Counted from the stretch's first letter, positions 24,229 to 37,986 are shown. The stretch is 64,000 bases of DNA from Octopus bimaculoides (GCF_001194135.2 NC_068981.1:127530012-127594011); one strand, 5' to 3'. Notes: generated from the sequence alone by a model not told the origin. A program made the numbers and translations.

Positions 24229-26145
24229 GTGAGTGCAATATATTAATTATATTCCGTGGGTGGTTGTTACATTTGGTCTTCGATATCTAACCTCAATATA
24301 GGCGGATATATCCGAAATAATTTATTTTTCAAATATATATTTAATACACGCACACACACACACACATACATACACACACATATAATGTCTGTCTGTCTAT
24401 ACGCATTATATTCATTCCGCAACAGATCGAATGAATGGAAGCATTTGCTTCGCATGGTCTAAAGAAATCATTAATATCTATATTTTACACATCCGAGGAC
24501 ATCAATGTTCACTGTATGCTGCCAAGGAAGTATAAGTAACCTTTAAGTTTATAACACCCCAGACGTAGAAAATAAAACAAGGTGCTTCATTTGAATAATT
24601 TAACTTTTTATTAACCCTTTTTTTTTAATAACGAAATTTGCCTCGACGAAGGATTTTTTACAGGGTGGAAATGTCTAATACTATGTTTTACTGCAAGTAT
24701 AAATCTTTAGTCCATATATGTTAATATCAAAGCATTTATAAAATTTCATTTAACCTATTGGAAAGGTTTCCACACTGATAAGATTTTATTAACTGTTTAA
24801 ACAACTACCTTTTAAATTCGAGTATCGACAGTTTAAACTAAAGGCTTAATTACAGCTTGATGTATTTTCTGCATTTGTTTATGCGTTTTCTATCCATTAT
24901 ATTGGTAAAATTGAAATAATTTTAGATGGGATCAAGGGTTATTGACGAGCGATTTCAATCGTACATTCAGCCATCTAAAGCGAGTCTTTTCCAAATGTAT
25001 ACTCATTTGTGGAAATTACTTCCTTCTATGTTGCTGATGATAGGTTTTTGTTGTTGGTTCTAGTTATAATGACACACTTTCCACATTTTGGAGGCCGTAG
25101 TTATAAGTCATTGATAGCTAATCCTTGAGTTTTGAACCACAATTCTACGTGTTTGGATGAATACACTCAAACATAGTTTATCTGTACTATCAATAGAATG
25201 TAACACTCAATGCATTGGTGGCACCAACCACAGTATCTTATTGGTACTGTGGTTGGTGCCACCAATGCACTTTCTAGATGCCAAGCATTTCCTAACGCGT
25301 ACGCATACCCATACACGTTTTAAAAATTTCTCCATAAATCATGATACAGCTTTTATCACATGATATTTCTAAATGACTTCAATTTTCGTCAACAACTCTT
25401 GGTTAACTAGAACACTCCCATTTCAACTATCAGTTAGGTGAACTGTCTACGACTTGCTTTGTGTTTCTCATTGGAATTGTTTCTTACGAAGAAAAGTAAT
25501 ACTCTTACAAAGGCATACAGGTCGCGTTTTTTTTTTTTACATTTCCCTCACAATATCTCTTCTAGACTTTTGTTTCTAACATTGACACAAGGCCTGAAAT
25601 TTTGGGTTAGAGGGTTTGTCGACTAAATCAACTCTTGTGCTGGTACTTTATTGAATAAATAATAAAGAATTCTAATATTAGTATGAAGCCACATATTTTA
25701 TAGCAGGGAACAGTCGATTTAATAGACTCTTACGTCTCTGCACTCAGATAATTAGCCAAAATAATTACAATAATGAATTTTCCGATATGTTTCATGTCTT
25801 TAGTTTTTTTCATAGCAAACAAAAGTATGCTAATAGCTCACCATTATTCTAAACATTTAGTCATTAATATTGGTTTTCTCGTAGTCTGATTATTAATATT
25901 GGTCTTCGTCGGTCTGTAGGTGTAAGAGAGTTTTAAAAATGGTTTACTAAATTCCTCGAAAACTCCAAAAGGAATTCTTCAGTTTGAAGTACTTCTTTAA
26001 AGATCGAATTGATAATAGGGATTTGTTCTCTAGCTATACAAGATCCAGTTATGGGTTTGTTGATTTATGTTTGGTTATGTAACTCACTGTAATTAAAATC
26101 CTGCGATCATTTTTCTTTTACTCTTTGTAAACATTAGCCACTATA

Positions 26146-26505
26146 GGCGCAGGAGTGGCTGAGTGGTAAGTAGCTTGCTTACTAAGCACGATTCCGGGTT
26201 TAGTCCCACTGCGTGGCACCTTGGACAAGTGTCTTCTACTATAGCTTCGGGTCGACCAAAGCCTTGTGAGTGGTTTTGGTAGACAGAAAGTGAAAGAAGC
26301 CCTATGTTTGTGTGTCTGTGTTAGTCCCCCCCACCATCGCTTGACAACTGGTGCCGGTGTGTTTACGTCCCTGTAATCTAGCGGTTCGGCAAAAGAGACC
26401 GATAGAATAAGTACTAGACTTACAAAGAATGTCCTGGTGTCGATTATTTCGACTGAAGACGATACTCCAGCATGGCCGCAGTCAAATGGCTAAAACAAAT
26501 AAGAG
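26146..26505 (+). mobile_element. tRNA-derived SINE family A, full length
   Basis: Pol III A-box-like tggctgagtggtaag and B-box-like gggtttagtccca, then the body shared with 34700, 35803 and 56745. Confidence 0.85.
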
Positions 26506-26619
26506 TAAAAAAGTACTACCTCTTGTACGAAATGATATCATAAAGTAACACGTCTAATATATTTAACTAGAGATTCTCTAGTTATTGGTTCTCATCTGGG
26601 GGCAGCATGACCCTTGAGG

Positions 26620-27135
26620 GTCCATATAAGATTTTGTTAAAACTTACGTGTAATAAAATCGATTATATTTAAGATATGAGGAATTAGGTACATTATTTAC
26701 ATTTGACGGATATTTATCATCTTATTTGTTAACACAACATTTCGGCATCAGGTGTCTTAGGGAAATTTCGAACCTGGATTCTCATTCCTGAGGTATTTTT
26801 CGTTATTATTATTATTCAGGTCACTCGGAATTTTGGGGTTAGTAGCTCACGCTCTCAACCACTTCGCTATATTCCTGTGGGCAATTATGGAGTGAATTTT
26901 AGGGCTTATAAATCTAATATTTTCCTATCCTTCCTTAATACCAGTTCCCATATGCTATTCATATCTGCACTCGGTCTGCTTAGGAGGTTGTTGTGTCCTA
27001 GCATATGTGCTGCTGCTTTTAGTTTTCGAATTTTCCAGTGGTGTTCTCTGTCTATTATTTTAACTTCATCCCACAGCGTGTGTGTGTTTTCGCTCATTTT
27101 TCTCGGTTTTCCTTGTCATTAACATCTGTTCAATT
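26620..27135 (-). mobile_element. Penelope-like element 3' fragment
   Basis: Minus ORF HTLWDEVKIIDREHHWKIRKLKAAAHM resembles the C-terminal part of the Penelope GIY-YIG endonuclease; followed by a acacctgatgccgaaatgttgtg terminus. Confidence 0.65.
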
Positions 27136-27609
27136 CTTTGTAAAGCTGCATTTCAGCTTAGGTTGCAACCACAGGTTGTAAAAATGAAATAAAGAACTCT
27201 GAATTTTCTGTTTTCAATTACCTGTTGTTAAGTAGTTTAAATTGCTATATTACTGGCTTTAAAGATTACCATTTCAATATTCCTTTTCTGGTAATTTCAC
27301 ACTTGAACGTTTATTTTGCAGAAATTACCAAATTCACAAGGCAAAAAAAAAAAAAGAAAAAACCGAAAAAAAAACAACACTCAAAATGACTTAGTGATAT
27401 TATATTAATATTTAAGACTTATGATATCGAATTGTGTGGTTGTATTTATAGCATATTTTTCTAAAAGATAAATCGTTCCTTATTGTCAGAAAAATTTCTC
27501 TCATGGCCAAAATTACTATTAAGGCACCAACAAACACCCACATAGTCACATTACTTTTTAATGATATTTTTTATTAATAAGGTCTGGAAGGAGGATAGTT
27601 GTTCATGGC

Positions 27610-28250
27610 CTTTCCAGGCCCTCTGACACTGGTGACTGATGCTAATTAACATTATGCTTCAACTGTTGGAAAGACATGCAAGGTGGGAATTCCAGAGAGC
27701 TGACCTACTGAGATGTAGCCCTGGGAATAGTGTGGGGTGTGGAGGAGTTCAACACAACATGGGTGATAAGGAGAAATGAGTTGGTTCAACAATTATCTGT
27801 GAGTGACTTCATTCCCGTCAGTCAAGTGGCCGTTTTTTCTATAATGTCTGTATATATAACTGCAGCATTATCCCAGATGTGGGAACAGTTCTCCATTGTA
27901 AGTTTCATCTGTAGGTAGTGCTAATAGTTGTTGTGGGCCAAAGTATTTTCCGGCTCTGATGAGAAGGGCTATCAGTCTTTGCTAAGTTGAGGATGTGTTT
28001 GCCTCTAAAGATTCCCAGTTTGATATTGCCCAGCATTTGGAGCATCATGAGGCATCTTATTGTATGCTGATCATATTTAAGGGTGTGAAGTGTAATGTTT
28101 TCTTGGTGTGTACAGTGATTGTGTTTTATGGATGAGGTTCCATAGTGTAAATTAGATTAAAAATGTCTTCATTACAAGAGCTCAAAAATACCATTGATTG
28201 GTACAACTATTAATTCTACAGCTGAGGTGATGGGTGTTAGAAATGGTATA
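27610..28250 (-). mobile_element. Old CR1-type LINE fragment
   Basis: Minus-strand LLIRAGKYFGPQQLLAL resembles the CR1 RT C-terminus preceding LYK..VRP.MEY; heavily decayed. Confidence 0.5.
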
Positions 28251-31054
28251 TTGGACACAATACTTTACATTTTAAATTCTAACATTGCTGGGGTTGACTT
28301 TAACTTTAATTCCTATGTAGGTTAATAAAATAAGTACAAGTGAAATATTGCAGGTTTAAATTGACTATATTCTCCTCTCTCAAAATTTGTGGTCTTGTGT
28401 CTCTGTTAAAAGTCATCATTTCTGCATGTATCTAGTATTTGCTTCCTCGAAGTTTCCCTTTGTAAATTTCTTGGTTGGTGGTTGGAGCTAGAAGGAACTG
28501 TGTTTTTGTTTTATTACTGTGTGTTCTCTTCGAGACATTTCTAGACTTTGCTGCTCTAAGAAAAGAGGATAAAATTGGAAAGATCTAATGGAAGACACGT
28601 GAACTGACATTGTATTATAGATCCATGTAATATGGCAACAGTTCAATGTAACATCCTTATTGTTATGAAGAGACATTCCTTTGCAGGCATTTTATCTCTT
28701 AGTATCAGCCTAAAATTCTCTCCTGGAAAGTTACTTGAAGTGGAATTGAATACTAACTAGGAGGAGATTCATATCTCATCTACTGTCATAATGATAAACA
28801 TTAGTCCTTTGCTTTGGAAAAGATTAACCTTGTTTTTAACTTAATGTCATCTTGTTTGGTGGATTCACATACCTAAAGATACAAGGAGTTTCATAAAATA
28901 GACTACCAATATCTATTTGGAGAGAGAGACACTGCTTTCAGCAGTGTATACTTGTTAAAACTTTCAGGACATTTAGTGGAATAAAATTGCCTGTAGGAAA
29001 AACTGGTACAGTCTACAATAAAATGCTATTCTCTCTGGCTAATTCTAATAAGAGGACTTTGAGTTTATTTTGTATTATTAAATATTGTACTAATAATGTA
29101 TATTGTTAGTTTTCTCTTGCTTGAGTGTTTCTTTTTCATTGGCAATATATTTGAATTGGTTGATATTCCTTTCAATACATTGTTGACAAGACAAAGTAAC
29201 CACACTGAACTATCATTAGAATAAACAACAGCATTAGCCCATTATTGATTAGATGTGCATTGTTTTCTTTTTTTCTTTTAAGGAATAGTTTTCATTTTGT
29301 GAAATAGGCTGCATGCACCATCAAAGGTACAGCTGGTGTTGATAATGATAATGTCCATGACGGGGACTTGTTGAACAGTTGTTTATTCTGAAGAAATTTT
29401 AGTTTAGTATCAGAAGCTTAATATCAGAAATATAAGGAACAAATCAATTATAAGTTTTAATTCTTTTTTGAGTTTTATTGTTTTCAGTCATATGAACCTT
29501 TTTTTTTTTTTTCTTTTTTTGGTGCTGTTCTAGCACGGACTGGTTTAAGAGGGTTGATATTTGTCTATATTGTCAGATGCCCTGGCACTAAGCTATGGCA
29601 CAGGCCTCTATATCAGTCATAGGTAAACTGTTCTGCAGAATTTTCTGAATGGCATGCCTAATGAAAAATTACCTCAAGTCTTTTTAGTAGTGCAGTCTGT
29701 CTGATAATGAGACGCATCTCATGCAACTCACTTTTCGAAAAAAAGTTACCCATGTCTGCTCTACATGGTGACTCAGTTTGCTAGAAATAGCAGCCAGATC
29801 CCACCAGATAACACCCTATTGTATTAAATGCAGATACATTGGACAATGTAGTTCCTGTTATACAAAAAAAAAAAAAAAAAAGGATGATCATGATTAGGAA
29901 AGTCTTTGTTCATAAGTTTACTGGGTTAGGACTGGCCTGGTGCTAAACAACAAAACTAATGGAGAGTTCTGTGGACTGACAATAGATATATTTCTGTCAA
30001 TTTCTGATAGCATTGCCCATTCTATCAGGAATTGTTTAGATGTGTGAAATGCAGTGCAGTAGTGGACAGTGTTTGAATGGAAGTGTTGGTGGCAATGATT
30101 GAAAAGAGGACAAACAAATCACCATGTTTAATAAAATGAGATGGTTTTAATGTTTTCAAACTTGTCCAACATCATCGAAAGAAGGAAGAATATGCATGCA
30201 AATTCTATTTTATTTACGATTTGGGAGTGGGGAACAAAATTGTATTTATATTTTTGGTGGGTGGGAAGACTGATATCAGTTTGAGAACCACTGTAATAGC
30301 AGGTCATGTACCTAATCAGTTTTTTTTTTGTCTTTATAAATAGCAGTGGTAGTACTCCAAGGCAGTTTAGCTAGAGCTGAGTTATTGTGATCCTCAAGAT
30401 TTTACTGAGTTTTGCAGCTTGATACAGAGTTTGGTTTAGTCATAAGCAAGAATTTGTATTGTAACTATTATGGTGTCTGTAGGCAGTTGGACATGCTTTC
30501 GAGGCATCACACCATAACCCATGAACTATCTTCTGCAGTTCTCTTAGAGCAGCTGTTTTATTGTCTGAGACATTCCTTACAATGCAGCCATAAAGAAACA
30601 TAGATATTTGATTTCTAACTAAATAAAAATTAAAAAAGGATACATTTGAATATAAAATATCTTTCTGAAGAATACAGCACAATGTATCATCATCATCATA
30701 ATTTAATGTCTGTTTTCCATATTGGAATGGGTTGGATGGCTTGACAGGATCTGGTGAATTTCGTATCAGCTTGGCATGGTTTCTCTGGCTGGATGCCCTT
30801 CCTAATGTGTGTACTGAGTGCTTTTTCATGTCACTGGCACTAGTAGGGTTACAAATTGTTAAAACAATTTTAATACTAAAGATATATATTTGAGAATTTT
30901 TATCACATAAAAGCAAAACTTGTTCAATTCGTAGATCTTCCTTACTGCACTGAATCTAAAATATTGTCTTGAGATTTGAAATTGGACTGTAGAATAGGTT
31001 TGCTGAGAACTTAGTGTTGCACATTGGTGCTCACTGGTATTGCTAGAAATATGA

Positions 31055-31925
31055 TAATGATGATGATCATCATCATCGTTTAACGTCCGCTTTCCATGCT
31101 AGCATGGGTTGGACGACTTGACTGAGGACTGGTGAAACCGGATGGCAACACCAGGCTCCAATCTAAATTTGGCAGAGTTTCTACAGCTGGATGCCTTTCC
31201 TAACGCCAACCACTCAGAGTATAGTAGGTGCTTTTACGTGTCACCTGCACAAAGGCCAGTCAGGCGATACTGGCAACGGCCACGCTCGAAATGGTGTCTT
31301 TTATGTGCCACAGGCACAAGCTAGTCCAGGGGCACTGGCAACGATCTCGCTCGAAAATCCTACGGAGGCCAGTCAGGTGGTACTGGCAATGGCCACGCTC
31401 AAAATGGTGCATCTCATGTANNNNNNNNNNNNNNNNNNNNNNNNNNNNNNNNNNNNNNNNNNNNNNNNNNNNNNNNNNNNNNNNNNNNNNNNNNNNNNNN
31501 NNNNNNNNNNNNNNNNNNNNNNNNNNNNNNNNNNNNNNNNNNNNNNNNNNNNNNNNNNNNNNNNNNNNNNNNNNNNNNNNNNNNNNNNNNNNNNNNNNNN
31601 NNNNNNNNNNNNNNNNNNNNNNNNNNNNNNNNNNNNCCCTCAACTGTTAGGGTGTGGCACTTTTTCACGCAGCTATCCTCATCCATTCTCACCACATGTC
31701 CATACCAGCACAATCGTCTCTCTTGCACACCACAACTGATGCTTCTAATGTTCAGCTTTTCTCTCAAGATACTTACACTCTGACGGGTATTCACATTGAC
31801 ATTACACATCCAACGGAGCATACTGGCTTCATTCCTTGCGAGCTTACGTATGTCCTCAGCAGTTACAGCCCATGTTTCACTGCCATGTAGCATGGCTGTT
31901 CGTACACATGCGTCATACAGTCTGC
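31055..31925 (-). mobile_element. RTE-clade LINE 3' fragment: RT C-terminus, 3'UTR and (CAT)n tail, with an internal gap
   Basis: Minus ORF MLHGSETWAVTAEDIRKLARNEASMLRWMCNV...RRLCWYGHVVRMDEDSCVKK is typical of RTE/BovB; this identifies the many short copies as RTE 3' ends. Confidence 0.85.
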
Positions 31926-32976
31926 CTTTTTGAATAAAGAATTGACAGCACTGTTAAAATATAGGTCCTGCTTCTGTTTTTCTATCTCCTTCTGTATGAG
32001 TGTATAATTGTTTAGGTGTTCCAACCTTAACTGTGCCTTTTCTCTTCAAGCATAGTGTACTCCTGATTATACTATCCAATGTGTCCTTTATAAGGTTGTA
32101 AAGTGAGGTTTGAGGGGAAGTTGCTTACTATTTTTCACTGATCAAGTGATTACACAGAGGCATCATTTTAACAGGTGTATTGAAAGTGTAATTTGTATCA
32201 TATAGTTATGCGTGTAGATCAAATTATGTTGTTTACATATAATCCATATACTCATTTCAATTTTTCCCTAATCTCTCCCTAACTATAAAGCTTCATTTGT
32301 ACTTACTACAATTAATCTCATTTTGCTATCCTTTCACAATTCTGTATTGACTTATTTCACTGTAGTCTCTTGTCTGGTGTCATTATCCTCAGTTAATTGC
32401 CACTCTCCATGCTGGCATGGGTTGAACTGTTTGAAAGAATCTGGCAAGCTGCAGGGCTTTCTTTTGAAATAATTAACCTTTAACTATGACAGCTCCCATC
32501 CTATCAATCACCCAATCTATATACTTCTCTTCAAATTCCTTCTCTCATTATTCTATGTTTGCAATTTTCTTCACTTTGTTTTCTCTTTGTCAGCCTTAGT
32601 CTTCCTGCTTTGAGTGTAGCCTATCTGATAACTTTAAATTACAAATGACAGAACATACACATAATGAGTGTGTATGAATGGATTAAGGTCATGCATATTT
32701 GAGGAATACTCAACCACTTGTACACTTATGCAACTGAACATTACTTGAATAAATTTCACCAGTCTAACATGGCTTCCACCAGGGGCCATGGCACTGATCT
32801 TCTTCTTTCAACTAACTTATAAAAGGAAAATAAAACTGCTTTGGTACATATTCAGGAGAAATGTAACAAACTGCAACCCATGATGTAAGAATTATCTTAT
32901 TTTAGGTGATAATCCAGTTAATCTACTTCCAGGTGTTAAATAATGGATACTTAGTTCATAAACTTTTCTTCTACAG

Positions 32977-33148
32977 ATTTAAAACTCCATCTCCAAAGTA
33001 CTGATTATGGTAACTTTTTGGCAAATGAACCAAGTCCTCTAACAGTGAATGTAATTGATGAACGCCTCCGAGATAAGCTAGTCATTGAGTTCCAACATCT
33101 ACGCAACCATTCCCTAGAACCCTTGGCAACATTCCTTGACTACATCAC
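32977..33148 (+). CDS. ATP6V0D1: V0 subunit d, exon 2 (172 nt)
   Basis: ctacag|ATTTAAAA...ATCAC|gtgagt; (D)[56 protein letters not shown](T). Confidence 0.97.
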
Positions 33149-33711
33149 GTGAGTATTATGTCAATTGCCATTTTTGAGTTTACCAAGAACCACAAGCAAA
33201 GCTAATTTGTTTAGTGGTCCTCAAATTGTTTTTAAATTATCATATAATGTCATATGTTAAGATTACTTATGTTAGAAGGATTTTGTAGTTCGATTTTTGC
33301 TATATTAACTTAAGTTGGTTGTTATATTCTCTAGTATGTACCATATTTGATAACATTAAAAAGAAAAAAAAAAAAGGGCCGAAGTATACTAGACACAATT
33401 TTAGCAGCACATATACAGGAAAAAGTGAGCAACAAGGACAAAATTAGCTTATGGATGACTCAATTTCCCATATAGGACCCAGCGGATGGGGTGGTGAGAA
33501 AAAGTGTCTTATATGCCATAAGATATGGTACTGGAATTCATAATTAGAGAAATTATCTATGTCTTGTATGCTCTTCAACATTCTGTCTTCTTATCAGGAA
33601 TAATAAGGAACTGTTCTTAGTAATTTTGGTTTATTTTGGCTAGACATGGCAAATTTTGTAATTTAAGCTGTATTAATTGTGTTTAAAGAAATGATTATTA
33701 GTAAAATCACA

Positions 33712-33900
33712 AAGATGGCAAGCTGGCAGAATTGTTAGCATGCCAGATAACATGCTTAGCAGCATTTCTTCTGGCTTTACATTCTGAGTTCAAATGCTGT
33801 TAAGGTCAACTTTAACTTACATACTTTTGGGGATCAATAAATAAGAACCAGTTGAGTTTTAGGGTCAATATAATTGACTGCCCCCCCCCTCCCACAAGAT
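33712..33900 (+). mobile_element. SINE family B, diverged
   Basis: aagatggcaagctggcagaattgttagcatgcc...ttctgagttcaaat...aataagaaccagttgag. Confidence 0.65.
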
Positions 33901-34134
33901 TTCAGGTCTTTTTTAAAGTTATATTACTGAAGACCAATTGTTTGTATTAGTTTATAAATTATCATTGGCTTTTATTGGAGTATACTTAGATGTTGTAGCC
34001 TTTTTTTTGTGTTTGAATAAAAGAAGCGTTGCATATGAAGTGTTACATCTCAATCAATAAAAGAGGAATTTAAAGGAGATTGAACCGATACCCAGTATAT
34101 TGGTTTCATTTATAGGAAATACTAGGGTAAGGGT

Positions 34135-34445
34135 TATGATCCTCTTTGGTCATGAATGACCACGGGATTGCACCTAGAAAGTTACCCTCTGAAGCACAAG
34201 TCCAGGCAAGGTTGTTTATGGAAGACCAGCATACTAGCCTCCTCTCTCCATGCCACTGATATTATCCAAGACAGAGGTCAATGCAGCTTGTCACCCATGG
34301 CGTAACTCATTTCTTCAGCTGAGTGAACTGGGGCAATGAAGAATTGTCTTGCTCAAGAACACAACACACAGCCCAGTCTGGGAATCGAACTCACTACCTC
34401 ATGATTGTGAGCCCAATACTCTAACCACTGAGCCATGTGCCATCA
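34135..34445 (-). mobile_element. tRNA-derived SINE (distinct body)
   Basis: Minus-strand head gcacatggctcagtggttagagtattggg...gagttcgattcccagac (A and B boxes). Confidence 0.65.
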
Positions 34446-34699
34446 CTTGTTAGAAGGAAATACATAGTTGACCATAACTGTTTGTAACTCAGAATTAATT
34501 GTAAGTGAAGAAACTAAATATTGTAATGCAATTAGTCCTCTGTTTCTGTAAATTTTAATTAGTATCTTTAAATCATTTTAATGGATACGCACAATGTATT
34601 TTATTCCATAGAAAATGAGAAGTTAAATAAATTTTAAAATTTATTTAAAGGCTGACACCAGCTTTTTTAACTTTGTATTATCATTTCTTGATTATATAG

Positions 34700-35095
34700 A
34701 TGCAGGTGTGGCTGTGTGCTAAGAAGCTTGCTTCCTAACCACATGGTTCTGGGTTCAGTCCCATTGTGTGGCACCCTGGGCAAATGTCTTTCACTATATC
34801 CTCAGGCTGACCAAAGCCTTGTGAGTGGATTTGGTAGGTGGAAACTGAAAGAAGCTTGTCGTATATATGTAAATCTAAGTGTGTGTGTCTTTGTGTTTGT
34901 CCCCCACCACTGCTTGACAACCAGTGTTATTGTGTTTACATCCCTGTAATTTAGCAGTTCATCAAAAGAGATCAGTTGAATAAGTACCAGGCTTAGAAAA
35001 AAAAAAGTACTGGAGTTTGAATCTTTTGACTAAAAATTCTTCAAGGCAGTGCCCCAGCATGACCACAGTCTAATGACTGAAACAAGTAAAAGATA
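34700..35095 (+). mobile_element. SINE family A, full length
   Basis: Collinear with 26146-26505. Confidence 0.8.
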
Positions 35096-35802
35096 TTGTT
35101 GCATATTTTTCTTATTGTAATCATGTGTTTATCTTTTGTAACTGTTGGCCTATAAAGTTCCAGGAAAACAAGTCTGCAAATCCAGTTTCAATTCATAGTG
35201 TTTCACATAATGCAAGTTGTTTAGCACCGTGTCTAGATCAAACTAAGGGGTGTTCCAACTTTGACCATTCAGTCTTATCTTTAGACATAGTATGTCTGGA
35301 GCTATATTGTCCAAAGTGTCCTGCTTTGTTTAAAATGGTAGGGTGTGATTTTGTGTGTGGTGAGTTTGGTTGCTGTTTCTAGCAGATCAAATAACTACTT
35401 AGAGGCTTTCCTCTTAAGTTCATGTAGGTGGCACATGTTCTTGATATTGGTGGGTTTCAAGTGTAAAATGAAAACTAGACACTTTGAGTGAAAAGGTTAT
35501 CATTTCTTCTAATTCATTCTGAAGCTTTTTGGATTTGTGACATCACAAAGGAAATTAATAAAAAAAAGGGTTTTGGAGTTATATCTTTAGGAAAAAAAAT
35601 ACATTATATACTTTTTAAAATTTGTCATGCTTATATAAAACATGAGCTTGATTTTCTGTAGCAATTTTTTAACTGTTGGACACAAACAAATGTCTTTCCC
35701 CATTGATTTTGATTTTCTTTATTATTCTTTTTCATTTAATGTTGGTCAATGAAGAGAGTTCTATTGCGAATAATTATGTTGAAAATTGAATTGAGATAGA
35801 CA

Positions 35803-36050
35803 AAGGCATAGGTATGGCTGTGTGGTTAAGAAGTTTGCTTCCCACCCACATGGTTTCAAGTTCAGTCCCACTGCATGGCATCTTGGGCAAGTGTCTTTCA
35901 TTAAAGCTTCATGCTGATCAAAACCTTGTAAATGGATTTGGTAGACAAAAACAAAGAAGCTCCTCGTGTGCACATGTGTGTATATATACACACATATGTT
36001 TGTGTGTCCGTCTGTCTCTTTGTCTTTGCATCACATGATAGTTGTAAACA
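35803..36050 (+). mobile_element. SINE family A, 5' part
   Basis: ggcataggtatggctgtgtggttaagaagtttgcttccc...ttcagtcccactgcatggc. Confidence 0.7.
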
Positions 36051-36675
36051 AGCATAACTGTCATATATTTATTAGAGTTGGGGTAAAACTAAAAAGAAAG
36101 TGTAGGAATTTGCAGTTATGTAACTGACAGAAAGCAGTGAGAGAAATAGAGAAAACTAGAAGCAAGAGAATTTGTTAGAGGGTGGCGAAATACTTGGGAG
36201 ATATTTTTATGAGGAAGATGTATCAAAGAAAGTGACTGTTCTTATAGAGTGGAGCAAAATCTAGAAAAGAACATGTATGGTTAAAATGCAATGTATGGAG
36301 AGAGAGAGAGAGAAGGATCTCTACCACTCAATCTTTCTCTCCACATGTAAATTTAATTTATATGGTATCAGCAGTTAGTGTGAGTATACCTGTGTTTATC
36401 AGATGTGTGATAAACATGGAAAAATAATGAATGTAGCATTTATAAGGATACTGAAGCATTTGTATAGATTTTCTAAAGCCCTCAGTTATATTTGAAAAAT
36501 CTGAGTTGTTTCTAGTTACCCCTTTCGGTATACTGTCAGAGAATCACTGCCCATATTAATTTGAAAAATATTATTTGTGTTGGTGTTAATGGTGTTGGCT
36601 ATGTGTTGTTACTAGTGAGTATGGTCATAAGGCATTCAGTGAATGCAATAGGTAATCGATTTGTTTCTGTTTCAG

Positions 36676-36854
36676 GTACAGCTACATGATTGACAACATC
36701 ACTCTATTAATTACTGGTACTGTTCATCAGCGACCAATTTCTGAACTGATTCCGAAGAGCCATCCACTTGGAAGTTTTGAACAGATGGAAGCCATCCATA
36801 TTGCTTCCACTCCAGCTGAACTCTACAATGCTGTCTTGGTTGACACCCCTCTTG
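36676..36854 (+). CDS. ATP6V0D1: V0 subunit d, exon 3 (179 nt)
   Basis: tttcag|GTACAGC...CTTG|gtaagt; [59 protein letters not shown]. Confidence 0.97.
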
Positions 36855-36898
36855 GTAAGTCCAGCAATTCTCATTTCTTTTGCTGGTGGCACATAAAA

Positions 36899-37480
36899 AG
36901 CACTTGTGCTGGTGACTCATAAAAGACACCTGTGTGGGTGACTCGTAAAAGACACCTGTGTGGGTGACTCGTAAAAGACACCTGTGTGGGTGACTCGTAA
37001 AAGACACCTGTGTGGGTGACTCGTAAAAGACACCTGTGNNNNNNNNNNNNNNNNNNNNNNNNNNNNNNNNNNNNNNNNNNNNNNNNNNNNNNNNNNNNNN
37101 NNNNNNNNNNNNNNNNNNNNNNNNNNNNNNNNNNNNNNNNNNNNNNNNNNNNNNNNNNNNNNNNNNNNNNNNNNNNNNNNNNNNNNNNNNNNNNNNNNNN
37201 NNNNNNNNNNNNNNNNNNNNNNNNAAAGGCATCTGTGCGGGTGGCTCGTAAAAGGCATCTGTGCGGGTGGCTCGTAAAAGGCATCTGTGCGGGTGGCTCG
37301 TAAAAAGCATCTGTGCGGGTGGCTCGTAAAAAGCATCTGTGCAGGTGACTCATTAAAGGCATCTTTGCGGGTGACTTGTAAAAGGCGCCCGTGCAGGTGA
37401 CCTGTGAAAGGCGCCCGTGCGGGTGACCCGTGAAAGGTGCCTGTATCGGCGATACATAAAAACACTCATGCTGGTGACAT
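36899..37480 (+). repeat. 26-bp minisatellite (VNTR), centre in a gap
   Basis: Units AAAAGACACCTGTGTGGGTGACTCGT left of the gap and AAAGGCATCTGTGCGGGTGGCTCGTA right of it; decaying units at both edges. Confidence 0.9.
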
Positions 37481-37650
37481 GTAAAAAGCACTCAGTACAC
37501 TCTATGGAGTGGTTGGCATTAAGAAGGGCATCCAGCTGTAAAAACCAAGCCAAAACAGACTGGAACATGGTGCAATTCTCTGGCTAAGCAGCCCCAGTCA
37601 TAGTGTTTTACCTATGCTAGTATGGAAAATGGATGCTAAATGATGATGAA
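37480..37650 (+). mobile_element. RTE-type 3' end continuing from the minisatellite
   Basis: aaaaagcactcagtacactctatggagtggttggcattaagaagggcatccagctgtaaaaacc...catggaaaatggatgctaaatgatgatga. Confidence 0.75.
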
Positions 37651-37986
37651 ATATTCAAGTGGTTGATACAAGATGCTCTCTAACAGATTAGATCCATTTG
37701 CATTACATGCTTATATGAGTGTAGGGTTCTCTTTTTTTTTAACTAATACCCTGTTGCTTTTTCAACTCCTTTTTACTCAATGATTTTTAAAAACTTATTC
37801 ATTCACTGCTTATCATTGTAACAGATGCATATGCATGAGTATTTATATGGATTTATGTAGGAATGGTACTTGGGTAGCATGTTGGAGTATGTTGATAGCA
37901 ATGAGATTGTGGTGACAGCGGAGTGTGTAGTCAAAGATTAAGAACAGTCCTGATTATTATTACAATTACTACTTGTCTGTTTTCAG

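Noticed and set aside
26146-26220. tRNA-like heads as tRNA genes (also 50497, 61057 and 62067)
   Set aside because: They have A/B boxes but no complete cloverleaf and continue into SINE bodies.
30281-30293. Isolated hAT-like TIRs (TTGAGAACCACTG here; similar near 38561 and 51446)
   Set aside because: No partner TIR or TSD was found; old MITE debris at most.
36676-36681. AG|GT at the starts of exons 3, 7 and 8 as recursive splice sites, or a tandem acceptor GTACAG
   Set aside because: Fully explained by conserved coding sequence at conserved intron positions.
36899-37480. Regular repeat array as a possible CRISPR
   Set aside because: Head-to-tail 26-bp units with no unique spacers, inside a eukaryotic intron, and no cas genes.
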